Source: Nitrospirota bacterium (GTDB taxonomy: Bacteria; Nitrospirota; Thermodesulfovibrionia; SZUA-242). Taken from it: a DNA stretch of 64,000 nucleotides. The translations under genes and the position numbers were made by a program. The stretch covers positions 17,383 to 81,382 of the forward strand of contig JALUUO010000108.1 in the NCBI GenBank assembly GCA_027021335.1. Reading direction: 5' to 3'. Positions 54,831 through 63,759 of the stretch are shown one piece after another. A model generated the notes under the pieces. That model was not told the DNA's origin, did no database searches, and saw nothing but the letters and a program-made list of their open reading frames with translations. How positions within the stretch are numbered: the first letter of the stretch is position 1; every line of letters starts with the position of its first letter.

Positions 54831-56332
54831 CACCTTCTGAGCAGCTACCGATTCTGTTGGTAATAACACCTCTTCTTTTTACTCTGGCAGTAAGTATCGC
54901 CGGGTGGTTTAATAGAAAAATCTGCTATCCGATTACCATTATCACCCTTAGCGCCTCTTTATATATATCGGTAGCCCTGTTGTTACAGGTAGTTAAAAAC
55001 GGAGAGATTCATTATCACCTTGGTGGATGGCAGCCACCTTTCGGTATTGAATACGTAGTTGATCACCTAAACGCACTGGTTCTTGTCGTCATATCCTTTG
55101 TTGCCCTGGTTTCTGCTGTCTACTCAAAAGAAAGTGTTAAGCAGGAGTTACCGGACAAAATACCGCAATTCTATACTCTGTATCTTATGCTTGTAACAGG
55201 GCTTCTTGGAATGACTGTCACAGGAGATGCATTTAATCTCTATGTTTTAATCGAGATATCAGCGATTACAACATATGCATTAATAGCCATAGGAAAAGAT
55301 AGAGCTTTGATTTCCAGTTTTAACTACGTTATCATGGGCACAATGGGTGCGTGCTTTTACTTATTGGGTGTGGGCCATCTATACATCATGACAGGTTCCT
55401 TAAACATGATGGATCTTTATAAGATTCTACCACCTCTTTATTCTTCCCATGCGATTTTTGTATCTTTTATCTTAATCCTGGTAGGACTATGGGCCAAGAT
55501 GGCTTTTTTCCCGCTACACGAATGGCTTCCAAACGCATACACCTATGCGCCTTCCGCGGCAAGCTGTCTTATTGCTCCACTTATGACAAAGGTTTCGATC
55601 TACGTTATGATCAGAATCATGTTTTCCATCTTCTCACCAGCCTTTGTATTTGAAGCTTTTACCGCACATAACATCATTATATGGATGGCGGCTGCCGCCA
55701 TCGCAGGCGGCTCAATTCTGGCACTGGCACAGACAGACTTTAAGAAAATACTGACCTACATGATTGTGGCCGAGGTCGGATATATGGTCGGCGGCGTATG
55801 GCTGGCCAACCGCCTTGGAATTACAGGCGCTGTTTTACATATTCTAAATGATGCACTCATGACTTTGTGCCTGTTTCTGGCGGCTGGAATAATCGTCTAC
55901 AAGACAAAGGGCCATAAGCTCGAAAACCTTAGGGGCCTTTACAGGAAAATGCCGGTAACCATGGGGGCCTTTACGGTAGGAGCTTTATCCATGATCGGAG
56001 TTCCGCCGACAGCCGGTTTTTTCAGTAAATGGTACCTGATTTCAGGCGCTATTGATGCAGGACATTGGGGTTTTATGGCCGCTCTCATCTTTTCCAGCCT
56101 GGTTAATGCGGTCTTGTTTTTCCGTATGATAGAGGTTGGTTACTTCGAGCCATTCAGGGATAACCAGGAGGAGCATGATCACAATACCGCCCTATCGCCT
56201 AAAATTGACGAAGCGCCTCTTAGCATGCTTGCGCCTCTTGTAATTGTCTCTATAAGTTTAATAGTGGTTGGTATTTACACCGGCGATATTGTGGATAGCA
56301 TTATCAGGTTTACCGTGCCGGCAGGCATATGA
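54827..56332 (+). CDS. MrpD/NuoN-type antiporter-like subunit 1 (Proton_antipo_M family)
   Basis: TM5 Glu (YVLIEISAITTY), TM7 Lys/His motif WAKMAFFPLHEWLPNAY, and TM12 Lys in GVPPTAGFFSKWY. 4-nt overlap with the MrpC-like gene. Confidence 0.8.
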   Translation: MTPSEQLPILLVITPLLFTLAVSIAGWFNRKICYPITIITLSASLYISVALLLQVVKNGEIHYHLGGWQPPFGIEYVVDHLNALVLVVISFVALVSAVYSKESVKQELPDKIPQFYTLYLMLVTGLLGMTVTGDAFNLYVLIEISAITTYALIAIGKDRALISSFNYVIMGTMGACFYLLGVGHLYIMTGSLNMMDLYKILPPLYSSHAIFVSFILILVGLWAKMAFFPLHEWLPNAYTYAPSAASCLIAPLMTKVSIYVMIRIMFSIFSPAFVFEAFTAHNIIIWMAAAAIAGGSILALAQTDFKKILTYMIVAEVGYMVGGVWLANRLGITGAVLHILNDALMTLCLFLAAGIIVYKTKGHKLENLRGLYRKMPVTMGAFTVGALSMIGVPPTAGFFSKWYLISGAIDAGHWGFMAALIFSSLVNAVLFFRMIEVGYFEPFRDNQEEHDHNTALSPKIDEAPLSMLAPLVIVSISLIVVGIYTGDIVDSIIRFTVPAGI

Positions 56333-56382
56333 ACCAAACCTTACTTATTTTATTTCTTTAATTCCTCCAAAAATAACCGCAA

Positions 56383-56412
56383 TTAACTAAAATTAATGAT
56401 CAAAGGTATAAT
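56383..56412 (+). promoter_or_regulatory. Possible internal sigma-70 promoter ahead of the CBS/permease genes
   Basis: TTAACT-N18-TATAAT in the 127-bp gap inside the Mrp-like cluster. Confidence 0.3.
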
Positions 56413-56459
56413 AAAAAGCCAAATCAACAGGATTGCTGCACTAAGGAGACAAGAAAACA

Positions 56460-56951
56460 GTGTTAAAAAAAGTAAGTGATGTCATGGAGCCGATTATTGA
56501 TACCGTCTCTCCTGATACAACTGTGAAAAACGCTATCATGCAAATGAGAGTAGCCACCCGTAAACCGGGCATTTACGGGGTAAAAGGTATTATAGTTCTC
56601 GATGCAGACGGAAAAGTTATAGGGTTGCTTTCAGTTAGAGACATATTGCGTTCTATTTTACCGGAATATATGATGGAACGCACTGAATTTGGAAGCCTTT
56701 CCTGGCCTGGCATGTTTGAACATATGGCTAATAAAATCTCTGAAAAAACCGTAGGCGAAATCATGTCGAAAGAAGTTATAACTATTTCCCCGGAGGCAAC
56801 ACTTATGGAGTGTGCCGTTTTGCTGATAAAACATAACCTTTGGCGCCTTCCGGTTGTAACCCCGGACAACCGCCCTCTTGGTATGGTTTATCTTCGGGAT
56901 CTTCACTACGCAATTGTCGATAGTATTCTAGAAACGGAGACTGATAAATAA
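56460..56951 (+). CDS. CBS-pair domain protein (stand-alone sensor)
   Basis: Two CBS motifs (VSDVMEPIIDTVSPDTTV...VLDADGKVIGLLSVRDIL and VGEIMSKEVITISPEATL...RLPVVTPDNRPLGMVYLRDL). The TAA stop is immediately followed by the permease ATG. Confidence 0.8.
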   Translation: MLKKVSDVMEPIIDTVSPDTTVKNAIMQMRVATRKPGIYGVKGIIVLDADGKVIGLLSVRDILRSILPEYMMERTEFGSLSWPGMFEHMANKISEKTVGEIMSKEVITISPEATLMECAVLLIKHNLWRLPVVTPDNRPLGMVYLRDLHYAIVDSILETETDK

Positions 56952-58325
56952 ATGACAGAAGCGCCTGCGCCGGAAACACAGGAATTTGTAATGAATGGAC
57001 AGTTCTGGACTGCTACAGCTCTGTTCATTCTAATGTATGTTGCCATAGTCACCGAAAAAATCGATAAAACCGTAGTTGCCATCTTCGGAGCCGGTCTTGT
57101 TCTTATATTAAAAGTTCTTGACCAGCATGATGCTTTTCATACCGAGGCGTTCGGGATTGATTGGAACGTGATCTTTCTTCTGATTTCGATGATGACAATC
57201 GTTAACCTGATTAGGCCAACCGGCCTATTTGAATATGTGGCTATCAAAAGCGCTAAGTGGGGACGGGGTGAGCCGCTTAGAATCATGCTGATTTTTGCGG
57301 TAATCACAGCCGTTTTCAGCGCGCTTCTTGATAATGTTACCACAGTCCTGCTGCTTGCCCCGGTAACTCTGTTTATTGCAGACGCCCTTGAGGTAGACCC
57401 TGTACCATTTCTAATCGTCGAAGCCCTTGCCTCGAACATAGGCGGCACAGCAACACTCATCGGTGATCCACCAAACATTATGATCGCCTCAAAGGCAAAA
57501 CTGGACTTCATGTCATTTGTAACAAACCTGGCGCCGGTTGTTGTTATCATGATGATAGTATTTCTTATCGTGGTACGCCTTTTATTCAGCAAACATCTCT
57601 CTGTGTCTCAGGAGCTAAAAGAGCGCATCCTAGCCATGGACGAACGATCCGCCATTAAAGATAAGGCTATGCTTTTCAAGGGTCTTTTTGTATTAACCTT
57701 GGTTCTTATCGGTTTTGTTTTTCACGGCATTTTTCATTACCAGCCCGCAAGTATTGCGCTCTTTGGAGCCGGCCTGCTTCTTGTTATTTCCAATACCCGC
57801 CATCCTCACAAAATTCTGGCGGAAATTGAGTGGCCGACAATCTTCTTTTTTATGGGGCTGTTCATTGTGATAGGAGGAGTGGTTAAGGTTGGACTTATAA
57901 AATTGATTTCAGCCAAGGTCCTGGCCCTCACCGAAGGAAACCTGCTCAACACAAGCATGCTTGTAATGTGGTTTTCAGCCGTTGCTTCAGCATTTGTGGA
58001 CAACATTCCATACGTGGCCACTATGAATCCGCTTATTATCAATATGGCGCATCATCTCTGGCCAGACCTTCAGGGCACTGCTCTTCTTCACCATCCGGAT
58101 CTAATGCCTCTTTGGTGGTCCCTGGCGCTCGGCTCCTGCCTTGGCGGCAACGGAACTGCTATTGGAGCTTCGGCTAATGTAATAGTTGTGGGAATGGCTG
58201 AACAAAACGGAAAAAAGATCTCGTTTCTACGGTTTATGGCATACGGATTCCCTATTATGTTGCTCACAGTTGCTATTTCTGCGGTTTATGTCTGGCTTAG
58301 GTACTATGTATTCCAAGCACTCTAA
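56952..58325 (+). CDS. ArsB/NhaD-superfamily (IT superfamily) permease
   Basis: 457 aa with about 11-13 TMs. Motifs FSALLDNVTTVLLLAP and IGGTATLIGDPPNIMI, repeated as FVDNIPYVATMNP and LGGNGTAIGASANVIV. This is the inverted-repeat hairpin signature of the family. Confidence 0.8.
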   Translation: MTEAPAPETQEFVMNGQFWTATALFILMYVAIVTEKIDKTVVAIFGAGLVLILKVLDQHDAFHTEAFGIDWNVIFLLISMMTIVNLIRPTGLFEYVAIKSAKWGRGEPLRIMLIFAVITAVFSALLDNVTTVLLLAPVTLFIADALEVDPVPFLIVEALASNIGGTATLIGDPPNIMIASKAKLDFMSFVTNLAPVVVIMMIVFLIVVRLLFSKHLSVSQELKERILAMDERSAIKDKAMLFKGLFVLTLVLIGFVFHGIFHYQPASIALFGAGLLLVISNTRHPHKILAEIEWPTIFFFMGLFIVIGGVVKVGLIKLISAKVLALTEGNLLNTSMLVMWFSAVASAFVDNIPYVATMNPLIINMAHHLWPDLQGTALLHHPDLMPLWWSLALGSCLGGNGTAIGASANVIVVGMAEQNGKKISFLRFMAYGFPIMLLTVAISAVYVWLRYYVFQAL

Positions 58326-58369
58326 GTATTTAAAAAAATCTTAGCGGTAAATCAGAATAAACTAAATTC

Positions 58370-59854
58370 ATGAACACTATTGTATCGATCAAACCACTGT
58401 TTGCGATTCTTGTCTCACTGCTTGCAGTCATACCTATAGTGTTTTCAAGATCAAGTCCAAACCTTCGGGAATTCTGGACGTTTGCAGCAGGCATAATTAA
58501 ATTCTCTATAGTTGCCTCGATGATTCCAACGATTTTAGATGGGTCCTTGATTGAATATACCCTGGCCGAAGTTCTCCCCGGTATTGCCATAAAGTTCAGG
58601 GTGGATTCTCTGGGCCTTCTTTTTGCCCTGGTTGCATCCGGTCTCTGGATTGTTACATCCGCATACTCCGTAGGCTATATGCGCGGCCTGAAAGAGCATA
58701 GCCAGACACGTTATTTCTCGTTTTTCGCGTTGGCCCTTTCTGCGACAATAGGCGTGGCTTTTTCGGCCAACCTCTTAACCCTTTATCTATTCTATGAAAT
58801 GCTGTCATTGGCGACCTATCCTCTTGTCACCCATCACCAGGATACTGAAGCCCGTTCATCCGGCAGGAAATATCTCACTTACATTTTAGGCACATCCATA
58901 GCATTTGTTCTGCCTGCCATGCTGATCACTTATAACCTGTCAGGAACTCTGGAATTTTCGAACCAGGGTTTTTTCACTGCAGAAGCAGCGCCAAAAACCA
59001 CGATAGCAGCTCTTCTTGTTATATTTGTTTTCGGTTTTGCAAAAGCCGGCATTATGCCTTTTCATTCATGGCTGCCGGCAGCCATGGTAGCCCCAACTCC
59101 GGTAAGTGCTCTTTTACATGCTGTTGCCGTTGTCAAGGTGGGAGTTTTTTCTATATTTCGTGTCGTAACAGGTGTTTTTGGGGTTGACTTACTGCAGTCC
59201 CTCGACCTGGGAACAGTCCTGGCATATGTTGCATCATTTACGATAATTATGGCTTCACTGATCGCTCTTTCACAGGATAGCCTGAAAAGGCGCCTGGCTT
59301 TTTCAACAATCGGACAGCTCTCTTATATCGTCCTTGGAGCCGCTCTTCTTTCGCCCAAGAGCATGACCGGCGGCATGATGCATATTGGAATGCACGCATT
59401 TGGTAAAATCACACTTTTTTTCTGTGCCGGCGCAATATTCGTCGCTACAGGCAAGAAAAATATAAGTGAGATGGTCGGAATCGGGCGAAGAATGCCGATT
59501 ACGATGTTTGCATTTTTTATCGGATCGCTGAGTGTTATCGGCCTGCCCCCAACAGGGGGTTTTTTAAGCAAGTGGTACCTGGTGCTGGGAACCATAGAAG
59601 CTGATCAGTTACCTATGCTGTTTGTGCTTTTAGGCAGCTCTCTGCTTAATGCAGCATATTTCTTCCCTATATTTTATAAAGCCTTTTTCTGCACTACGGA
59701 AGAATCTTTATTCGAAAACAGGATGAATGAGGCCCCGGCCTGGTGTATAGCTCCCCTGGTGCTGACTTCAGCTGTTTCCATCCTGTTGTTTTTTTATCCG
59801 CAACCGTTTCTCGGCCTGGCCGGCCTGGCGGTGCAGAATATAACTGGAGGATAA
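58370..59854 (+). CDS. MrpD/NuoM-type antiporter-like subunit 2
   Basis: TM5 Glu (LYLFYEMLSLATY), TM7 FAKAGIMPFHSWLPAAMVAPTPVSALLHA, and TM12 GLPPTGGFLSKWY. Confidence 0.8.
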   Translation: MNTIVSIKPLFAILVSLLAVIPIVFSRSSPNLREFWTFAAGIIKFSIVASMIPTILDGSLIEYTLAEVLPGIAIKFRVDSLGLLFALVASGLWIVTSAYSVGYMRGLKEHSQTRYFSFFALALSATIGVAFSANLLTLYLFYEMLSLATYPLVTHHQDTEARSSGRKYLTYILGTSIAFVLPAMLITYNLSGTLEFSNQGFFTAEAAPKTTIAALLVIFVFGFAKAGIMPFHSWLPAAMVAPTPVSALLHAVAVVKVGVFSIFRVVTGVFGVDLLQSLDLGTVLAYVASFTIIMASLIALSQDSLKRRLAFSTIGQLSYIVLGAALLSPKSMTGGMMHIGMHAFGKITLFFCAGAIFVATGKKNISEMVGIGRRMPITMFAFFIGSLSVIGLPPTGGFLSKWYLVLGTIEADQLPMLFVLLGSSLLNAAYFFPIFYKAFFCTTEESLFENRMNEAPAWCIAPLVLTSAVSILLFFYPQPFLGLAGLAVQNITGG

Positions 59855-59857
59855 AGC

Positions 59858-60112
59858 ATGGAGGAAGAAGAAAAAAAAGAATCCCACCTTCTCTACCAAC
59901 CCGGTGTAATAAGAAAGCTCTGGATTATGCTGTATCTGATTTGCGGGTTGACTTTAGTTCCTGAATTTTTTATAGAAAGAGAACCTCATTTTGGAATTGA
60001 TGCCTATTTCGGTTTTTTTGCGTTACTTGGATTTGCCTCGTGTATTGTTTTAATCATGATAGCTAAGGCCGGTGGAATTGTGCTTAAAAGGAAAGAGGAT
60101 TACTATGACTGA
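59858..60112 (+). CDS. Small two-TM membrane protein of the Mrp-like cluster
   Basis: 84 aa with an acidic N-terminus (MEEEEKKE) and two hydrophobic helices. Starts 3 nt after the preceding gene. Its stop overlaps the next gene's ATG. Confidence 0.5.
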   Translation: MEEEEKKESHLLYQPGVIRKLWIMLYLICGLTLVPEFFIEREPHFGIDAYFGFFALLGFASCIVLIMIAKAGGIVLKRKEDYYD

Positions 60113-61865
60113 TTTTCCACCTGCATGGTTTTTGATACTAGGCTCCCTGCCGGTTCCTTTTTTTAAAGGGAATTTAAAGAACTGGTATTTGATTTTTCTG
60201 ACAGCTGCGGCTTTCTACTTAATCTCCCAACTAAGTGCAGGGTCTTCTTGGCAGATACAATTTTCAGGTTTTAATCTTACCCTTTTACGCGTTGATAAAC
60301 TTAGCAAAATATTCGGCTATATATTCACATTGAATGCCTTTGCAGCCTTTATATATGCCTTTTACCTGAAAGACTCCACCCAGCATATTGCCGCGCTCTT
60401 CTATATAGGAAGCGCACTGGGCGCAGTCTTTGCCGGCGACTTGGTCTCACTCTATTTCTATTGGGAAGTAATGGCGGTTGCCTCCTCTTTTCTCATACTT
60501 TCGCGAAAAACCAGCAAGTCCATGAATGCCGGCATGCGATATATTTTAGTGCATATTTTCGGGGGCCTCTGCCTGCTTGCAGGTATTATTATCCATATAT
60601 CCTCCACCGGTTCGACTGATTTTAATACTATAACCGATCATAACATGGGAACCTACCTTATGTTGCTGGGTATCCTGGTTAATGCCGCGGCGCCTCCTCT
60701 TTCAGCCTGGCTTTCTGATGCTTACCCTGAGGCCACTGTAACAGGAGGAGTTATTTTAAGCGCCTATACAACAAAAACAGCCGTCTATACCTTGATCAGG
60801 GGGTTTCCCGGCTGGGAAATATTAATTGTTGTCGGATGTGTTATGACAATCTACGGCATTATTTATGCTCTTCTTGAAAATGATATGCGGCGCATTCTTG
60901 CTTACAGCATTATCAATCAGGTTGGATTCATGGTTACAGGCATCGGAATCGGAACAACCATGGCATTAAACGGCGCAGCCGCCCATGCATTTGCCCATAT
61001 TATATACAAGGCACTACTCTGGATGTCTGCCGGCTCGGTTCTATACATGACAGGTAAAAGCAAGTGCACCGAGCTTGGAGGACTTTATAAAACAATGCCA
61101 TGGACCCTGCTGTTTGGAGTTATAGGAGCCCTTGCTATATCGTCTTTTCCAGGAACCAGCGGTTTTACAACCAAGTCTCTTATCATTAAAGGAGCAATTA
61201 ATGAACACCTGACATGGGTCTGGCTTGTTCTTGAGATCGCCTCAGCCGGTGTATTTCTGCATGCGGGAATTAAGTTTCCTTATTTTGTCTTTTTTGCAAA
61301 AGATAGAGGTTTACGTCCTGGTGAAACCAATAAGCCTATGCTTATTGCAATGGGATTTATGGCATTTCTTTGTATCTTCATAGGCATTTATCCCAAAATT
61401 CTTTACGATATCCTGCCGTTTGATATGAAGTATTACCAGGCCTATACTGCTGTGCACGTCACTACTCAGCTTCAGTTACTGATGTTTTCAGCTTTGGTTT
61501 TCTTCCTTCTTCTTTCTCTTCTTAAACGAACAGAAACCATTGCGGTAGATACCGACTGGTTTTACCGTAAGGGAGGCCGCATCTTTTATAGCGTCATGGA
61601 TAAAGGTTTAAACGGGCTGAACAACGCGGCGGACAAGTTTTTTGTAAAAGGAATTACAGGTTCTATTATTCGTTTTTCCCAAAATGCTCCGGCCAGCATA
61701 ATGCTGCTTTTTTTCATACCATACTGGTCTATCATCGGCCTTGATCCTGCAAAGAAAGCCGCAAGAAAGGAGAAGCTCTACAGGAGTTTTAGCGCCGGCG
61801 CTCTTTCGGTGGGGTTAATATCTATTTCGGTAACTCTCTATCTGTGTATACTGTTTTTCGTCTAA
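60105..61865 (+). CDS. Divergent NuoL/MrpA-like antiporter-like subunit 3 with C-terminal extension
   Basis: Proton_antipo_M core (YFYWEVMAVASSF; GFTTKS). The TM7 motif is degenerate (LVNAAAPPLSAWLSDAY). About 100-aa C-terminal extension ends in a TM. ATG 60105 follows SD AGAGGA and overlaps the upstream stop. Confidence 0.75.
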   Translation: MTDFPPAWFLILGSLPVPFFKGNLKNWYLIFLTAAAFYLISQLSAGSSWQIQFSGFNLTLLRVDKLSKIFGYIFTLNAFAAFIYAFYLKDSTQHIAALFYIGSALGAVFAGDLVSLYFYWEVMAVASSFLILSRKTSKSMNAGMRYILVHIFGGLCLLAGIIIHISSTGSTDFNTITDHNMGTYLMLLGILVNAAAPPLSAWLSDAYPEATVTGGVILSAYTTKTAVYTLIRGFPGWEILIVVGCVMTIYGIIYALLENDMRRILAYSIINQVGFMVTGIGIGTTMALNGAAAHAFAHIIYKALLWMSAGSVLYMTGKSKCTELGGLYKTMPWTLLFGVIGALAISSFPGTSGFTTKSLIIKGAINEHLTWVWLVLEIASAGVFLHAGIKFPYFVFFAKDRGLRPGETNKPMLIAMGFMAFLCIFIGIYPKILYDILPFDMKYYQAYTAVHVTTQLQLLMFSALVFFLLLSLLKRTETIAVDTDWFYRKGGRIFYSVMDKGLNGLNNAADKFFVKGITGSIIRFSQNAPASIMLLFFIPYWSIIGLDPAKKAARKEKLYRSFSAGALSVGLISISVTLYLCILFFV

Positions 61866-61953
61866 TTTTTTTAATAGCGCACTGATAAAGCCTGTCTCCC
61901 CCCCCCGGCAAGTTAACACTTGACAAGAACCGGCATTAAAACGAGCACGTCCA

Positions 61954-61983
61954 TTGACGCATAGACTCCTGGCTGGTTATTAT
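61954..61983 (+). promoter_or_regulatory. Candidate sigma-70 promoter of the PPIase gene
   Basis: TTGACG-N18-TATTAT, about 100 nt upstream of the start. Confidence 0.4.
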
Positions 61984-62084
61984 AAGTTTGTCGAGATCCA
62001 TGGGGTCTTCAGATAGGGCCGGCTTTATTGTCCGTCAATACTCCTGCCTTTACTCTAAACCTTTTTTTATTAAGGAGATCTGTT

Positions 62085-63119
62085 TTGAACAATCAACACT
62101 ATATGAAGACAATTGTTTGTTTTTTTATGCTTGGCCTGTTGCTATACACAACGCCTGCCGTAGCTGAAGATCCGGAGAATACACCTCCTTCAGCCGGCCG
62201 GAAACAGGAAAAGACGAAGGACAAAAACGACGTAGTTGCCAAAGTAAATGCAACTGAGATTAAAGAATCCGAACTCTCGGAAGCTATGAACGCAACCATG
62301 GCACAGAACCCTCAACTTTACTCAATGATGGCCTCAGAAGAGGGGAAAAAAGCTCTTAGGAAAAGAGCGCTGGACAGGGTTATCTCCACAGAGCTTCTTA
62401 ACCAGGAAGGCATGAAGATAAAGATAAAAGATTTAGGGCAGCAGGTGGATAAAGCTTACGAGGATATCAGAGCCAAGTTTCCAAAAGAGGAGGCTTTTCA
62501 GAAAGCGCTGAAACAACGTAACATGACCAAAAAGGATCTGCGCAAACAGATAGAGAAGGGAATCCGCATCAGAAGCCTGATAGATGACAAGGTCAAAAAG
62601 AATATTTCTATTTCCGAAGCTGATGTAAAGTCTTTCTATGATACAAATAAAGATAAGTTTGTTGATAAAGAGGAAGTCAAGGCCAGCCATATCTTGATTA
62701 AAGTCGCCAAAGATGCTGATAAAGCAGATGAGGAAAAAGCACTCAAAAAGATCAAGGAGCTTTTGAAACGCGCAAAAGCAGGCGAGGATTTTGCCAAGCT
62801 GGCCAAAGAAAACTCAGAAGATCCTTCGGCCGCCCAAAACAGCGGCGATCTTGGATACTTTAGCCGCGAACAAATGGTTCCCGAGTTTTCAAAAGCCGCG
62901 TTTGCTTTAAAAAAAGGCGAAATAAGCGATCCTGTAAAAACAACCTTTGGATATCACATAATTAAGTTCGAGGATAAAAAAGCGGAGCGAGCTGTCCCTT
63001 ATGAAGAAGTTAATGACAAGATAGCCGAGTACCTGAAAGGCAGGGCTGTTCAATCAAAGGTTGCCGATTATGTTGAATCTCTGAAGAAGACAGCCAAGAT
63101 CGAAATTTTACTCAAATAA
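62085..63119 (+). CDS. Periplasmic parvulin-type peptidyl-prolyl isomerase (SurA/PrsA-like)
   Basis: Signal peptide MKTIVCFFMLGLLLYTTPAVA and parvulin motifs ASHILIKV...GDLGYFSREQMVPEF...FGYHIIKFE. The start is TTG 62085 (after AAGGAG) or ATG 62104. Confidence 0.8.
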   Translation: MNNQHYMKTIVCFFMLGLLLYTTPAVAEDPENTPPSAGRKQEKTKDKNDVVAKVNATEIKESELSEAMNATMAQNPQLYSMMASEEGKKALRKRALDRVISTELLNQEGMKIKIKDLGQQVDKAYEDIRAKFPKEEAFQKALKQRNMTKKDLRKQIEKGIRIRSLIDDKVKKNISISEADVKSFYDTNKDKFVDKEEVKASHILIKVAKDADKADEEKALKKIKELLKRAKAGEDFAKLAKENSEDPSAAQNSGDLGYFSREQMVPEFSKAAFALKKGEISDPVKTTFGYHIIKFEDKKAERAVPYEEVNDKIAEYLKGRAVQSKVADYVESLKKTAKIEILLK

Positions 63120-63189
63120 GTAATGGGGATTTTCCCCTTGGGCGTTAAAATTATCATCAGTAAGCAGTATTATGTAAGGAGAAAGTATC

Positions 63190-63567
63190 ATGACCGAACG
63201 ACTGCAGGTGTACAAATGTGAACTTTGCGGCAACATAGTTGAAGTGCTTCACGAGGGGGCAGGAGAATTGGTCTGCTGTGGTCAGCCTATGGCGCTTTAC
63301 ACTGAAAACACCACGGATGCCGCCCAGGAAAAACATGTTCCGGTTATTGAGAAAACCTCGGAAGGTATCAAGGTGAAAGTCGGCAGCGTAGCTCATCCTA
63401 TGGAAGAAAAACATTACATTGAATGGATAGAGTTGATTGCCGGCGAAAAGGTCTGCCGCAGGATCCTTAAACCAGGAGATACGCCTGAGGCCGTCTTTGA
63501 CATCTCTGTAGACAACCCGGTGACGGCGCGGGCCTACTGTAATCTGCATGGTCTCTGGAAGGGATAA
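63190..63567 (+). CDS. dfx: Desulfoferrodoxin (2Fe superoxide reductase)
   Basis: Center [14 protein letters not shown]...CCGQPM. Center II KHVPVIE...[14 protein letters not shown]...CNLHGLW. Confidence 0.95.
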   Translation: MTERLQVYKCELCGNIVEVLHEGAGELVCCGQPMALYTENTTDAAQEKHVPVIEKTSEGIKVKVGSVAHPMEEKHYIEWIELIAGEKVCRRILKPGDTPEAVFDISVDNPVTARAYCNLHGLWKG

Positions 63568-63579
63568 TTCCATAAAAGG

Positions 63580-63601
63580 GGGGCGTATTGCAATACGCCC
63601 C
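63580..63601. terminator. Palindromic GC-rich hairpin after dfx
   Basis: GGGGCGTATTG/CAATACGCCCC is a perfect 11-bp palindrome. There is no U-tract on the + side, so termination is plausible but unproven. Confidence 0.45.
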
Positions 63602-63759
63602 TACCGCCTGATCCCGGCCCCCGTGAATTGCTTACCCCCTTTTTAACGAGTCCTTCGCACATCCCGCCTTCCTCCTCATTTTTTGCATTGTGACGATTCT
63701 GCGATTTCCTCTGTTTCAGACCTTGAATCAAGAAGTATTTTTCAGCTAACATTAAAGTT

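Noticed and set aside
57137-57592. 151-aa - strand ORF inside the ArsB/NhaD permease gene
   Set aside because: It is an antisense shadow ORF. The sense strand encodes a full-length permease with duplicated family motifs.
63534-63752. 72-aa - strand ORF between dfx and secA
   Set aside because: It overlaps the dfx 3' end and the palindromic hairpin, has no SD and belongs to no recognisable family. It is likely spurious.
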